Source: a virus (taxonomy: Duplodnaviria; Caudoviricetes). Taken from it: a DNA stretch of 56,024 nucleotides. Made by a program: the position numbers and the translations under genes. Below the pieces are notes generated by a model, which saw only the letters and a list, made by a program, of their open reading frames with translations, was not told the DNA's origin and searched no databases. The stretch spans positions 1 through 56,024 of IMG/VR virus record IMGVR_UViG_3300013767_000202; one strand, written 5' to 3'. Positions 16,618-26,168 of this stretch are shown one piece after another. Within the stretch, counting starts at the first letter, position 1, and the number at the start of each line of letters is the position of its first letter.

Positions 16618-17496
16618 TTAGGTCGCCACAGTGGCTCTAGGTATTTTCGCATCAGGCACGGAGATGCCTTCTTTGAAGAACATGACCTCGTCGCCAACAT
16701 ATCGCGCCTGGGCGGTGTAGTGCAGTCCGTAAGTTAGAGCCTCGTTCTGGCTGTACATCTCACAGATTTCTGGTGCGCTATCGTACGAGACTACCCATGG
16801 TCTCTCGAAGTCAGTCGACTGCAGCAATTGAGCAATTTGCAGATGATCATCGTGCTTGTAGAAGTTTCGGTATAGGCCGCGCCCTTTAACGTAGTACGGC
16901 GGGTCAAGGTAGATCAGTGATTGCTCTGGCAGAAACTCTGCTGCGCGACTGAGCAAAAGAAAGGCGTCCTCGCAATATACCGAAATCCGATCTGCATTCA
17001 GCGCGATTCGTTCAAGCCTGGCTGCAATCATCTCCTTGCTGAATCGCGCATCGAGTTTGTAGGCGCCAGTCTGCGATTTTCCCCCGATGACTCCACCCTT
17101 GAGGATGCCGGATCGGTTTGTGCGGTTCACGAAAAGTGTAGCGAAACCCCTCTCGGCAAGGGAGAGCTCAGGGTCTTGTCCAAGCATCACGGAGCGCCAG
17201 TGATGCCATTGCTCCATGGTGATTGGTGTGTCCCGTAGTAGTTTTAGAATTCCATCCGGATCGGTTGTCGCGGCTGACCAGAAGGCGAATACGGCCGGAT
17301 CGAGATCATTGACATGAATATGCGTTGCATGCCCGTCGAAAAGAAGCTCTAAGGCAACTCCGGCTCCGCCAGCAAACGGCTCGAGATAGTGCCCGCCCGC
17401 CAGGCCATTAGCCCGCATCACCTCGGCAATGAAAGGCGCAAAGCGAGCCTTACCGCCTGGGTAGCGTAGGGGGCTGTATAGCTTGTTGGAGTACAT
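16618..17496 (-). CDS. DNA adenine methyltransferase (Dam/D12 class)
   Basis: SPLRYPGGK, EPFAGGAG (motif I), NDLD, YLDPPY (motif IV), VSYD. Confidence 0.92.
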   Translation of the reverse strand: MYSNKLYSPLRYPGGKARFAPFIAEVMRANGLAGGHYLEPFAGGAGVALELLFDGHATHIHVNDLDPAVFAFWSAATTDPDGILKLLRDTPITMEQWHHWRSVMLGQDPELSLAERGFATLFVNRTNRSGILKGGVIGGKSQTGAYKLDARFSKEMIAARLERIALNADRISVYCEDAFLLLSRAAEFLPEQSLIYLDPPYYVKGRGLYRNFYKHDDHLQIAQLLQSTDFERPWVVSYDSAPEICEMYSQNEALTYGLHYTAQARYVGDEVMFFKEGISVPDAKIPRATVAT

Positions 17497-17560
17497 TGAG
17501 TCTCATCCCTTGAGGTGCGCGCGACCTCAGTTTAACGGCCGGCAGTATACTTGGCCAGCC

Positions 17561-19306
17561 CTATTCCGGAACGGCAGAAGCTGTTTTTTTTGCCTCAGGT
17601 GCATCAAGAATTTTGAGCAATGCCGAATCGATACCATGACCATTGACCATGGTGCTCCGCAGGCTTTTCCGGAGACTCTCTCTGAATGCCTCTGCAAACT
17701 CCGCGTTATGCTTAACCCAGGCTCTATAAGGATTTTTGGCTGTTCCTCCATTGACCATGCTCAAAAATGTCGCGTTTTTTGCGAAGGCCTTGAAGTGACC
17801 TCGAAGGCGCTGATCCTCTGGCCCGGATTTTTTCCGGTAGTTAGCCACGAGCTGCACCATGTCAATGATCTCTTCGGCAGGGTCAATCTGAAGCACCTCA
17901 GAAATTTTATCGCATAACGAAATGAAAACAGGCTTGTTAAATCCAGAGGTGTTTTTCCAATAAGGGTCTTCTGGTGGGAGGTTATATAGGAATTCAAAGA
18001 TGAGTTGGTCCGGCGGCAGGGCTCCGGGAAGTTTAAGAATACTGTCCATGCCTTTCACTCCCTCGACATCTCCGTCAAGAATTATAAGGCTTTTACTGCA
18101 AAATTCTGGGATTTTTCGCTTTACTAACTTTATGTATTCAGAACAGCCGAGGGCCACATCTTTTAATGTATTTGTGATTTTTTTGGTGGTTCGATCGTTA
18201 ACTATAGACGCATAAAGGTCGTATGCTTCCTTGTCCTCGAAATACAAGTTTATTTGAGGTAGCAGATTTGTGTCTACAGCAATAGTTTGCACATGAAGGT
18301 CGGCATATATCTGTGGCCAAGTAACATTTTCAAATACTTGTATTGGTCCGTAGCTGTCGCTCAAATATATGTTTTGGTAATTTTCTTTGTCTACCAGGCT
18401 TAATTTTTGAAGGTCCTCGATCATTGTGGGGGAGTGGGAGGTCATGATCACTTGTAAGTTTAGATCTTTGCATTCCTCGGTGAGAATTTTAATTAATTGT
18501 TTTTGTGCCGCTGGAAACAATCCAGCATCCGCTTCATCAATAAGTAAAAGCCCGCCTTTGTAGTCGGCATATTCTTCTTTTAGCTTTCTGAATGAAAAGA
18601 TGGCCAGCAATATTTGACCAGCATTATCTTCGCCGGCTGAAACCGAATCGTGATCATAGTTATCGCCGTGTGCAGTGGCAGACTTTATCGTGCCAGTGGT
18701 TGCCGTTACAGATGTCGCGGAGCGCTTGCTTAACAGCCTATTACTGAGCGCTACGAAAGCACGGCGATGCTCAGACAGAAACTCTATATCATGCTCCGAA
18801 TATTTCGGGCGTTGAGATATTGGAGTTAAACGCTTGAGGCTTAGATAAATAACTGGGTGCGTTGCGTTGCGGCTCGTATTCTCTCCATCTGAAAGTGTAT
18901 TTCCTCGGACGATTGGTCTAGGCTTACTTCTGTCTTTCGAGTCGTATAGTTTTAATATTAGGTCAGCCTCGTCAGATGTATAGCCATCATATATAGATAC
19001 CGAAGTTTCCATGGAGTCCGGCCTGTCGAATTTCTTCGATAATCTGAAGTGCTCTGAAACTCTTGACTCAAACTTGGCGCCTGTAAGCGTTTGGAATGAA
19101 AGTAATTCGTCTTTGTTGTAGTCTTTTTCGAAACTAAAGACTTGAGCAGCAATGCCTAGGATGGAAGATTTTGAAGTGCCATTTTTTCCGCAAAGAAGTG
19201 TAATTCGCCTACCCAGCGGTACAGTTAAATCTTTTAATCCCCTGAAGTGAGATATGTTTATTTTTTTAATGTGTGTATGTTTGTCTCTGTTATTTTTTTG
19301 TCCCAC
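17561..19306 (-). CDS. ABC/AAA ATPase with C-terminal TOPRIM-like domain (OLD-like)
   Basis: Walker A GKNGTSKS, signature SAGE, Walker B LLIDEAD, H-loop TSHS; C-terminal YFED...LGC...ILDGD. Confidence 0.82.
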   Translation of the reverse strand: MGQKNNRDKHTHIKKINISHFRGLKDLTVPLGRRITLLCGKNGTSKSSILGIAAQVFSFEKDYNKDELLSFQTLTGAKFESRVSEHFRLSKKFDRPDSMETSVSIYDGYTSDEADLILKLYDSKDRSKPRPIVRGNTLSDGENTSRNATHPVIYLSLKRLTPISQRPKYSEHDIEFLSEHRRAFVALSNRLLSKRSATSVTATTGTIKSATAHGDNYDHDSVSAGEDNAGQILLAIFSFRKLKEEYADYKGGLLLIDEADAGLFPAAQKQLIKILTEECKDLNLQVIMTSHSPTMIEDLQKLSLVDKENYQNIYLSDSYGPIQVFENVTWPQIYADLHVQTIAVDTNLLPQINLYFEDKEAYDLYASIVNDRTTKKITNTLKDVALGCSEYIKLVKRKIPEFCSKSLIILDGDVEGVKGMDSILKLPGALPPDQLIFEFLYNLPPEDPYWKNTSGFNKPVFISLCDKISEVLQIDPAEEIIDMVQLVANYRKKSGPEDQRLRGHFKAFAKNATFLSMVNGGTAKNPYRAWVKHNAEFAEAFRESLRKSLRSTMVNGHGIDSALLKILDAPEAKKTASAVPE

Positions 19307-19367
19307 TTTAGCGTCCCTGCAATAGAATTTTTTGTAAGGCTTTTTAGTTTGTTATGAGTGACGCGGC

Positions 19368-19613
19368 TTAGGACATATTATTACTCGACCGGATAGCATG
19401 CCCCGCCTTCACCTCTTCCGCACACCCCGCCAGCTTGTCCTCAGATTCCGGGAAGCTCTCGATGATCCTGGCCAGCTCTCGCGCATCACCCTCAAACCCT
19501 GCCTCAGATAGCCTTATGGCCATCTTCATCAGATCCACGCCCGACCACTTGAGCAGGGCCGCAGCCTCTTTTAGGTCCCGCCGTAGCTGCTGATTTGGTT
19601 TGGTGAGGGACAT
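19368..19613 (-). CDS. Hypothetical protein downstream of cI
   Basis: MSLTKPNQQLRRDL start after AGGAGG. Confidence 0.65.
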   Translation of the reverse strand: MSLTKPNQQLRRDLKEAAALLKWSGVDLMKMAIRLSEAGFEGDARELARIIESFPESEDKLAGCAEEVKAGHAIRSSNNMS

Positions 19614-19653
19614 GGTGACCTCCTGCAAATCCAGTAGCGCCAGGTGAGTCGAC

Positions 19654-20424
19654 TTACAGCTTCCGCGCATTCCAAACGAGCAGGACACGAGCCTGTATGT
19701 GAACCCGCTCAAGCTGTGCACCCTCGATCATGATCGCTGGGTAAACAGGGTTATCCGAAATCATGCGAAGCGATCCGCCGGTCATGCGCTGGAGTCGCTT
19801 AATGAACAAGTCGCCGTCCAAGGTAAAGACGTAAACGGCATCGGTGCGTATCTCGGTGATGCCGCGATCAACCAGCAGGGAATCACCATTTCGGAATGTC
19901 CCTTCCATGCTGTCGCCGTCACCATCAATGATCGCGAGATTCTCCGGCTTCGAGTAGGAAAGCCCTTGGGTTTTCAGCCAATCGAGGTGGACGGTTATAT
20001 CTCGGATCACCTCGATGTGGTGTTCCGGCGGCGTGCGACCATTTCCCATGGAGCCAGCGATATCTAGGTGGGGGATGGTAATAAAGCTTGAGTCTGGAGT
20101 TTTCCTGCGTGAATCAATTGCAATCACATTGCTTTCCTTGGCACTGCTCGATCCTATTGCTTGGGCAATTTTTGCCATTTCATCAGCTAGTCGCTCGCTG
20201 AACTCGCGGACATCCACTTTCAATATGCTCGCGAATGAGGCGGCTACAGATGAATTGAGAGGATTGACGCCGTTGAGGTAGTGGCTCACCGAGCTCTGGT
20301 TCATTTCCAGAGCGTGCGCCAGTTTCTCCTGGGTCAACCCGAGCTCATTTTTTTTCGAATTGAAGATGGCCTTCAGTCGAAGGCACTCATCTTTCTTGTC
20401 TTGCGGTAAGGGCTTCTTGCTCAT
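19654..20424 (-). CDS. cI: CI-like repressor (HTH plus S24 peptidase)
   Basis: LTQEKLAHALEMNQSSVSHYLNG HTH; GDSM and FIKRL catalytic Ser/Lys; divergent from cro. Confidence 0.92.
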   Translation of the reverse strand: MSKKPLPQDKKDECLRLKAIFNSKKNELGLTQEKLAHALEMNQSSVSHYLNGVNPLNSSVAASFASILKVDVREFSERLADEMAKIAQAIGSSSAKESNVIAIDSRRKTPDSSFITIPHLDIAGSMGNGRTPPEHHIEVIRDITVHLDWLKTQGLSYSKPENLAIIDGDGDSMEGTFRNGDSLLVDRGITEIRTDAVYVFTLDGDLFIKRLQRMTGGSLRMISDNPVYPAIMIEGAQLERVHIQARVLLVWNARKL

Positions 20425-20435
20425 CCCCGAATCGT

Positions 20436-20501
20436 ATTCCCATCGGTAATATAGCCACAAATGCCAATGGCATTTACTTTCAAAAATGCCATAGGTAATA
20501 T
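20436..20501. promoter_or_regulatory. OR1-OR3 operators and pR
   Basis: 15-bp sites at 20436, 20460 and 20485 (consensus AATGCCAnnGGYAWT), 24-25 bp spacing; pR TTTACT-N17-TAATAT. Confidence 0.8.
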
Positions 20502-20532
20502 CTCGGCATGAAAAACCGCGGAGAGCTCTCCC

Positions 20533-20739
20533 ATGAACCGAATTCACATTACTGATTTTGCCCGCTGTCTTGGGCAGTGCGAGGCAGCCGACCTGCTGAA
20601 TATGACGCAGGGCGCGCTTAGCAAGGCGATAAGAGTGGGGCGCGATATTTACGTCACGCCTTATCCAGACGGGCGATGCGAAGCCGAAGAAGTTAGGCCG
20701 TTTCCATCGCAGAACCAGACAAAAAAGCAGGCTGCATAA
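20533..20739 (+). CDS. cro: Cro repressor
   Basis: GQCEAADLLNMTQGALSKAIRVGRDI...AEEVRPFPS, lambda Cro-like. Confidence 0.9.
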   Translation: MNRIHITDFARCLGQCEAADLLNMTQGALSKAIRVGRDIYVTPYPDGRCEAEEVRPFPSQNQTKKQAA

Positions 20740-20813
20740 CTGGCAAATCTGCCCACCAATCCATGCAGCCAGTATCGGCCTTGCCGGCCTGCGCAGATAG
20801 AAGCCTGAAGTCA

Positions 20814-20829
20814 CTGTTAATTCATCCAG
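20814..20829. promoter_or_regulatory. Candidate LexA/SOS box upstream of Rha antirepressor
   Basis: CTGTTAATTCATCCAG (CTG-N10-CAG). Confidence 0.45.
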
Positions 20830-20900
20830 TGACCAAATCCCAGACACAAAAAAGCCACCGGACGAGGGTGGCTTATTCGCAAAACTAGAGAGGCCCGATT

Positions 20901-21707
20901 ATGCATAGCCAACCTACTTCAAGCAATACCCCCAACAGTGTCGCGACACGTTTTTCGAATTCTGAAAACGTGTCGCGCACCACCATGTCGTCCCGCGAGA
21001 TCGCGAATGTCACCGGCAAACGCCACGACAACGTAAAGCGCGATATCGTCGCGATGCTCAAAGACCTGAAAGTAGATGTACTCAGTTTTGAGGACATCTA
21101 TCTGGATGGGCGCAATCGGGAACAGGTGCAATACCTGCTCGACCGCGAACACACCGACTGCCTGCTCACCGGCTATAGCGCTCCGATGCGCATGAAGGTG
21201 ATCCGCCGCTGGCGCGAACTGGAACAACAGCAGGGCGCTCGCGAGCAGGTTCTGCTCAGCGGCACCAAGGTAGTTGGTGAAATCGCCATCATGGAGTGTT
21301 TCACCCGCCTGCTGAAACCCGCGCCGTCGTGCCAGATGGCAATGCTCACGAAGATCGCCCAGAACAACGGTCTTGACCCGAAGTTTCTCCCAGGCTACGC
21401 CGTCGACGCCGCGTCAGATGCTAGCGGCGGATCCTCGATGCCCACCAAGTCAGCCACGGCCTTGCTGAAAGACAACGGCATTCGCGTGTCACCCGCCGCG
21501 TTCAACCGCGCACTGGAAACCAAGGGCTTTCTGAAGCGGATCCAGCGCAAGAACTCCAAACAGGAAATGGTTCCGTTCTGGTCGGTGACCGAGAAAGGCA
21601 TGACCTACGGCAAGAACCTGACCAACCCCCAATCCCCACGCGAAACCCAGCCTCACTGGTATGTGGATCGTTTCCCTGAGCTGGCCAAACTTGTCGGGAA
21701 GGCCTGA
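20901..21707 (+). CDS. Rha-family regulator/antirepressor
   Basis: TMSSREIA.VTGKRHDNVKRDI (Rha); C-terminal VTEKG..YGKN...ETQPHWY. Confidence 0.82.
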   Translation: MHSQPTSSNTPNSVATRFSNSENVSRTTMSSREIANVTGKRHDNVKRDIVAMLKDLKVDVLSFEDIYLDGRNREQVQYLLDREHTDCLLTGYSAPMRMKVIRRWRELEQQQGAREQVLLSGTKVVGEIAIMECFTRLLKPAPSCQMAMLTKIAQNNGLDPKFLPGYAVDAASDASGGSSMPTKSATALLKDNGIRVSPAAFNRALETKGFLKRIQRKNSKQEMVPFWSVTEKGMTYGKNLTNPQSPRETQPHWYVDRFPELAKLVGKA

Positions 21708-21708
21708 T

Positions 21709-22314
21709 ATGCAATTCACCGTCACGATCAATCAGGTGAAGGCGCTGGAGTGGGGGCTGAACTCTCAGCAGGCCCTGTTGTTCGCCTTCGTCTACGGCTG
21801 CCCGAGTTGGACGAAGCCAATCAAGACTGACGACGGGATCTTCTTCGCGCTGAGCAAGGCCAAGATCATCGAGGAGCTGCCGCTGCTCACTGACAAGCCG
21901 GACACTGCCTATCGCATGCTGAAGGCCCTGGAAAAGGCCGGCCTGCTGGAGATTCGAGAGGTCGAGAGCGAAGACGTTATCCAAGCCTGCTTCACTGATA
22001 AGGCCAGACGCTGGTCTCCTGCGTTCTCCATCGGCATGGATTCCACTCCGTGCGTCTATGTGCGCAGGCCGGTAAGGCGCTCTAGCAAGAAACCAATTCC
22101 AAAGCAGCTTCGCGCCCAAGTCTTTGAGCGTGACAGCTACGTGTGTCTGCGCTGCGGGTGCAGTGATCTTCATCGACTGCGTGCCGACCATGTTTTCCCG
22201 GAAAGCAAAGGCGGACTGGCGACGCTCGAAAACCTGCAAACCCTCTGCATGTCCTGCAACACCTGGAAGGCCGTTAAAACAATCGACTTTCGTGTATCTG
22301 GAGGCAGGCCATGA
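21709..22314 (+). CDS. Replication-protein N-terminus fused to HNH nuclease
   Basis: MQFTVTINQ...LLTDKPDTAYR N-terminus; C-terminal VFERD..CLRC...DHVFPESKGG...NLQTLCMSCN. Confidence 0.75.
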   Translation: MQFTVTINQVKALEWGLNSQQALLFAFVYGCPSWTKPIKTDDGIFFALSKAKIIEELPLLTDKPDTAYRMLKALEKAGLLEIREVESEDVIQACFTDKARRWSPAFSIGMDSTPCVYVRRPVRRSSKKPIPKQLRAQVFERDSYVCLRCGCSDLHRLRADHVFPESKGGLATLENLQTLCMSCNTWKAVKTIDFRVSGGRP

Positions 22315-23276
22315 AGCTGATCGATGTGTTGGATAGGCCTATCGCCTTTCAGCGCGCATTCGTTTCACTCGACGCCGGCATCACTGGCGCCCTGATGCTT
22401 TCCCAGGCTGTCTACTGGTCGAAGCGCACCGACGCGGAAGGCGGATGGTTCTACAAAACTATGGAAGAGTGGGAGGCAGAAACCGGCCTTACCCGTTCGG
22501 AGCAGGAGGGGGCGAGAAAGAAATTGGTGAAGGCCGGCGTGCTCGAAGAGCAGCGCAAGGGTGTTCCTTGCCGCCTTTTCTTCCGGGTGAGCTTTGATGC
22601 CCTGGCTGCAAACTTGGGTGCGGAAAAGCCGAAAACCAGTAAGCGTAAATCCCGCAATCCAGTTTGCGGAAAACCTGCAAACAAGGATGCGGAAAATCAG
22701 CAAACAGGATTACAGGAATCAAGCACGCAAGGCTGCGGAAAACCCGCAAACATTACAGAGAATACAGCAGAGACTACTACAGAGATTACAGCAGAGAGTT
22801 CTACGCCCCAGGCTGCCGCCAAGGCCGCGACGGGGGAGATCATTCCGTTCACCCCCCAGCAGCCGCGGTGTGCCATCCCCGAGGACATGCCGGGCCCGAA
22901 GGACCCTGAGTGCAAGACCTACAAGACCTGGGCGAACTACGCCATGGCCTACCGCAAGCGCCACGGCGCCTGGCCTGTGTGGAACGCGAAGGTAGGCGGA
23001 CAGGTCGGTCAACTGGTTGCCCGCCTGGGTGCCGATGTCGCCCATCACGTCGCTGCGTACTTCCTGAACATCAACGAAGCGAAAGTCGTAACGAACATGC
23101 ACAGCATCGGCGACCTGCTGGCCAAGGCTGAGACCTACCACACCCAGTGGCTGACAAATCGCCAAATGACCGGTACCGCGGCGCGCCAGATCGAGCAGAC
23201 CCAAACCAACATCAGCGCAGCCGAGCAGGCCCTGGAAGCGCTCCGGGCGAAGAGGGCCGCAACCAATGCTCAATGA
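22311..23276 (+). CDS. Phage replication initiator (O-like)
   Basis: RPIAFQ, LSQAVYW, WFYKT.EEWE.ETGL N-terminus; internal iterons. Confidence 0.8.
   Translation: MKLIDVLDRPIAFQRAFVSLDAGITGALMLSQAVYWSKRTDAEGGWFYKTMEEWEAETGLTRSEQEGARKKLVKAGVLEEQRKGVPCRLFFRVSFDALAANLGAEKPKTSKRKSRNPVCGKPANKDAENQQTGLQESSTQGCGKPANITENTAETTTEITAESSTPQAAAKAATGEIIPFTPQQPRCAIPEDMPGPKDPECKTYKTWANYAMAYRKRHGAWPVWNAKVGGQVGQLVARLGADVAHHVAAYFLNINEAKVVTNMHSIGDLLAKAETYHTQWLTNRQMTGTAARQIEQTQTNISAAEQALEALRAKRAATNAQ
22619..22752 (+). repeat. Replication origin iterons (6 x 23 bp)
   Basis: TGCGGAAAA-type units at 22619, 22642, 22665, 22688, 22711 and 22734, followed by 12-bp ACAGAG repeats. Confidence 0.8.
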
Positions 23277-24045
23277 CATTCAGCAAGACCAATTGCTCCT
23301 GTCCCTGTACGCCACTGCTGAGGCGATGGGGCAGCAACTCTCTCAGCCCGCTGCGCTAATGATGATTGAGGACCTGTGCCAGCACGACGAGCCAGCGCTT
23401 GTGGCTGCACTTCGTGCTTGTCGGGTCGAGGGTGGTCGACTCACGACTGCGTCGATCCTGAAGCACGCCCAGTCGGCCGATGGGCGCCCGGGCAAGGACG
23501 AGGCCTGGTCGATCGCTCTGACTGCCAGCGACGAGAGTGAAACCGTAGTGATGACCGCTGAAATCCAGCAGGCCATGACCGCCGCGGCGCCGATCCTGCA
23601 ACTGGGTGACAAAGTCGGGGCCCGCATGGCGTTCATGAGTGCCTACGAGCGACTGATTGCCAATGCTCGCGCCGAAGCACTGCCTGCGTCCTGGAGCGTC
23701 TCGCTCGGCCATGACCCTGTGCGACGTCTGACGGCGATTGAGTCGGCAGTCCGTATGCAGCTGATCACCCAACAGGCCGGCACCCAGTACCTGGCAGATC
23801 TGCGCATCGCGCCCATCACCGCAGACGGTCAGACCATTGCCGGGCTCATCACCGGCTCCACCGTGAATCCGTCGCCACACCTGCGCGAGAAGCTCGCCGA
23901 AGTCCGCAAGGTCGTCAATTTGGCAAAGGTGCGGCAAGACCGCCAACGACTCAAGAAGGCCCAGGCCGATCGGGTTGACACCTATCTGCGCAAGCGCGTG
24001 GCTCGAGCAGCCATCGCTGCCGCACAACGCAAGGAGGGCTTTTGA
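23266..24045 (+). CDS. Replication-associated protein (P position)
   Basis: Follows the initiator; DGRPGKDEAW motif. Confidence 0.6.
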   Translation: MLNDIQQDQLLLSLYATAEAMGQQLSQPAALMMIEDLCQHDEPALVAALRACRVEGGRLTTASILKHAQSADGRPGKDEAWSIALTASDESETVVMTAEIQQAMTAAAPILQLGDKVGARMAFMSAYERLIANARAEALPASWSVSLGHDPVRRLTAIESAVRMQLITQQAGTQYLADLRIAPITADGQTIAGLITGSTVNPSPHLREKLAEVRKVVNLAKVRQDRQRLKKAQADRVDTYLRKRVARAAIAAAQRKEGF

Positions 24046-24557
24046 TGGCCATGAATGAATCCAGGCAACAACAAATGCTTGCCGGGCAAACAGCCCTGGC
24101 CCGCAAGGTGTTCGAGGTCGTCCCGATCCAGCAGTACTGGTCGGCCCTCGATATTCACAACGCGCTCAAGGCGTCCGAGGTGAGCACCACTCAATTTCGC
24201 GTAGTGCGTGCCTGTCTCAGCGAGCTGAAGGATCAGGGCCTTATCCGTGAGCCCGTGAATGGTCATTTCCAGCGCACCGCCGCCACCCCTAAACCAAGGA
24301 AAGAACAGACCATGTCGAAGCCAGCAGCCCAAACCGTAGTTTCCATCAAGAAGACCGAAGCCGGCGCGCTCGACGCTCTGGCTGCGCTCTCCGGCGAGGT
24401 GACCGTTCTTGCTGATGAGTTTGGCCGACGGATGAAGGTCATGGCTGGCCGCATCGAAGAGGTGGCGCTTTCCGTGGCGACAGAGCAGGAAGGCAATGCG
24501 GAGGCCCTGGGCAAGCTGAAGCAGTTGCAGGCTCTACTGAAGGGAATCTCGGAATGA
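24045..24557 (+). CDS. Hypothetical wHTH-like protein
   Basis: CLSELKDQGLIRE motif; coupled. Confidence 0.6.
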   Translation: MAMNESRQQQMLAGQTALARKVFEVVPIQQYWSALDIHNALKASEVSTTQFRVVRACLSELKDQGLIREPVNGHFQRTAATPKPRKEQTMSKPAAQTVVSIKKTEAGALDALAALSGEVTVLADEFGRRMKVMAGRIEEVALSVATEQEGNAEALGKLKQLQALLKGISE

Positions 24558-25036
24558 CCATCGACAAAGAGAAACTGAAGGCGCTGGCTGATCGCGTAAT
24601 GACGGATCGACGCTTCTGCACTGATGAACACCACAAAGACCTTGCTAGGGGAGTCCTGGCCCTGATCGCCGAGAACGAGGCGCTGCGCGACGATATTGAG
24701 CAGAACCAGTACGACACCAACGCATGGCGCAATGGTGAAGAGTCAGTCTGGATCGAGGTCTTTAACAGCGAAGGCGACGATCCATTTATCAGCGCTATCA
24801 CCGGCCAGATCACCGTCGAACAGTTGGCCTTGATCCAGGCTGAGATCCTTGAATATCGGGAGGACTATTTCGAGAAGGGGTCAGGTCTTTACGTTTTCAG
24901 GTGTGCCCACTGCCAGGCGCATTACGACAACGTAGGCATGACGGAGCCGGCGCACTGGGAGACTGACTTCGAGTCGTACAGTCCTTTCCCGTGGGAAGAA
25001 GAGCGCGCCGCCATGGGTAAGGGAGAGCAGCCATGA
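24554..25036 (+). CDS. Ead/Ea22-like hypothetical protein
   Basis: MTIDKEKLKALA...VLALIAENEAL. Confidence 0.6.
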   Translation: MTIDKEKLKALADRVMTDRRFCTDEHHKDLARGVLALIAENEALRDDIEQNQYDTNAWRNGEESVWIEVFNSEGDDPFISAITGQITVEQLALIQAEILEYREDYFEKGSGLYVFRCAHCQAHYDNVGMTEPAHWETDFESYSPFPWEEERAAMGKGEQP

Positions 25037-25500
25037 CCAGCGTCATCCACAAACCTCGTCACTTCTGGTCGGCCGGTCCGTCACGGATTCGTGAGGTGCT
25101 GCGACTTGCCTACCTGTTCGCCACCGAACTCTCCTCCACTGGCGCCGTCGAGGTGATCGTTCGCCCGGTCAAGTCCCGCCGCACTCTGGAGCAGAACGCC
25201 AAGCTGTGGGCGATGCTCGGCGATATCTCGCGACAGGTTGAATGGCCAGTGAATGGCGTCATGCAGAAACTCGACAGCGAGGACTGGAAGGCGCTGATGA
25301 CTGCTGCAGCTCGCCAAGAAATCCGTATGGCCCAAGGCATCAGCGGCGGTGTGGTGATGCTGGGCGAAAGCACCAAGCGCATGACCGTGGCCGAGCTGGG
25401 CGATGTGATCGAGTGCATGTACGTTTTCGGCGCCGAGAAGGGCATCACCTGGAGCGAGCCGAAAGGGCAGATGCCTGAGCAATGGGAGGCGGCAGCTTGA
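25033..25500 (+). CDS. ninB: NinB recombination protein
   Basis: RTLEQNAKLWAML.DISRQV.W...EDWK...STKRMTVAE. Confidence 0.85.
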   Translation: MTSVIHKPRHFWSAGPSRIREVLRLAYLFATELSSTGAVEVIVRPVKSRRTLEQNAKLWAMLGDISRQVEWPVNGVMQKLDSEDWKALMTAAARQEIRMAQGISGGVVMLGESTKRMTVAELGDVIECMYVFGAEKGITWSEPKGQMPEQWEAAA

Positions 25501-26168
25501 AGCGCACCCCACTACAGCGCAAAACTCCACTCACGTCCGGCGGTCCACGCCGCAAGCGCTGCCCGTCCTGTCGGCTGATGTTCGTGCCTGTACGCACATC
25601 CCAGGCTGTATGCGGAGAGATCGAGTGCGCCATCGCTCACGGCCAGTCAGAGAAGGGGCAGGCAACCGCTCGCAAGGCCTTGGCGGATTTTGGGCGGCGC
25701 GAGATCGAAGTCCGAAAGGAAAAGCTGAAGACTCGCACCGATCACCTCAAGGATGCCGAGAAGGCCGTGCGCGATTACCGGCGTACCTACGAACTGAGTA
25801 TCGGCAGCGGCTGCATCAGTTGCGGGGAATCGCAGGAATCGATTCTGGCGGCGCAGGGCTGGAAGACTGGAGGTGCGTTCGATGCCGGCCACTTCCTCGG
25901 CAAGGGTGCCCGTCCTGAACTGAGGCTGGTGCCGAACAACATCTGGTTGCAGTGCAAAAGCTGCAACGCAGGCTCGTCCAAGTACGCCAGGAAGGGCCAG
26001 ACGGTTTCGCAAAGCTTCCGCACTGGCCTGATCGAGCGTATCGGCCTTGAGGCGGTCGAGGCGCTGGAGGCCGACCACAACCCGCGAAAGCACACCATCG
26101 AAGACCTGAAGGCGATCACCGCCGAATTCCGGGCGAAGACCAGAGAACTGAAGAGGGCAGCAGCATGA
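25497..26168 (+). CDS. ninG: NinG/Rap endonuclease
   Basis: CISCG, FDAGHF, ELR..NIWLQCKSCN, LIERIG. Confidence 0.85.
   Translation: MKRTPLQRKTPLTSGGPRRKRCPSCRLMFVPVRTSQAVCGEIECAIAHGQSEKGQATARKALADFGRREIEVRKEKLKTRTDHLKDAEKAVRDYRRTYELSIGSGCISCGESQESILAAQGWKTGGAFDAGHFLGKGARPELRLVPNNIWLQCKSCNAGSSKYARKGQTVSQSFRTGLIERIGLEAVEALEADHNPRKHTIEDLKAITAEFRAKTRELKRAAA

Noticed and set aside
22619-22800. 23-bp repeats as a mini-CRISPR
   Set aside because: Contiguous degenerate tandem units inside the replication gene, consistent with iterons.
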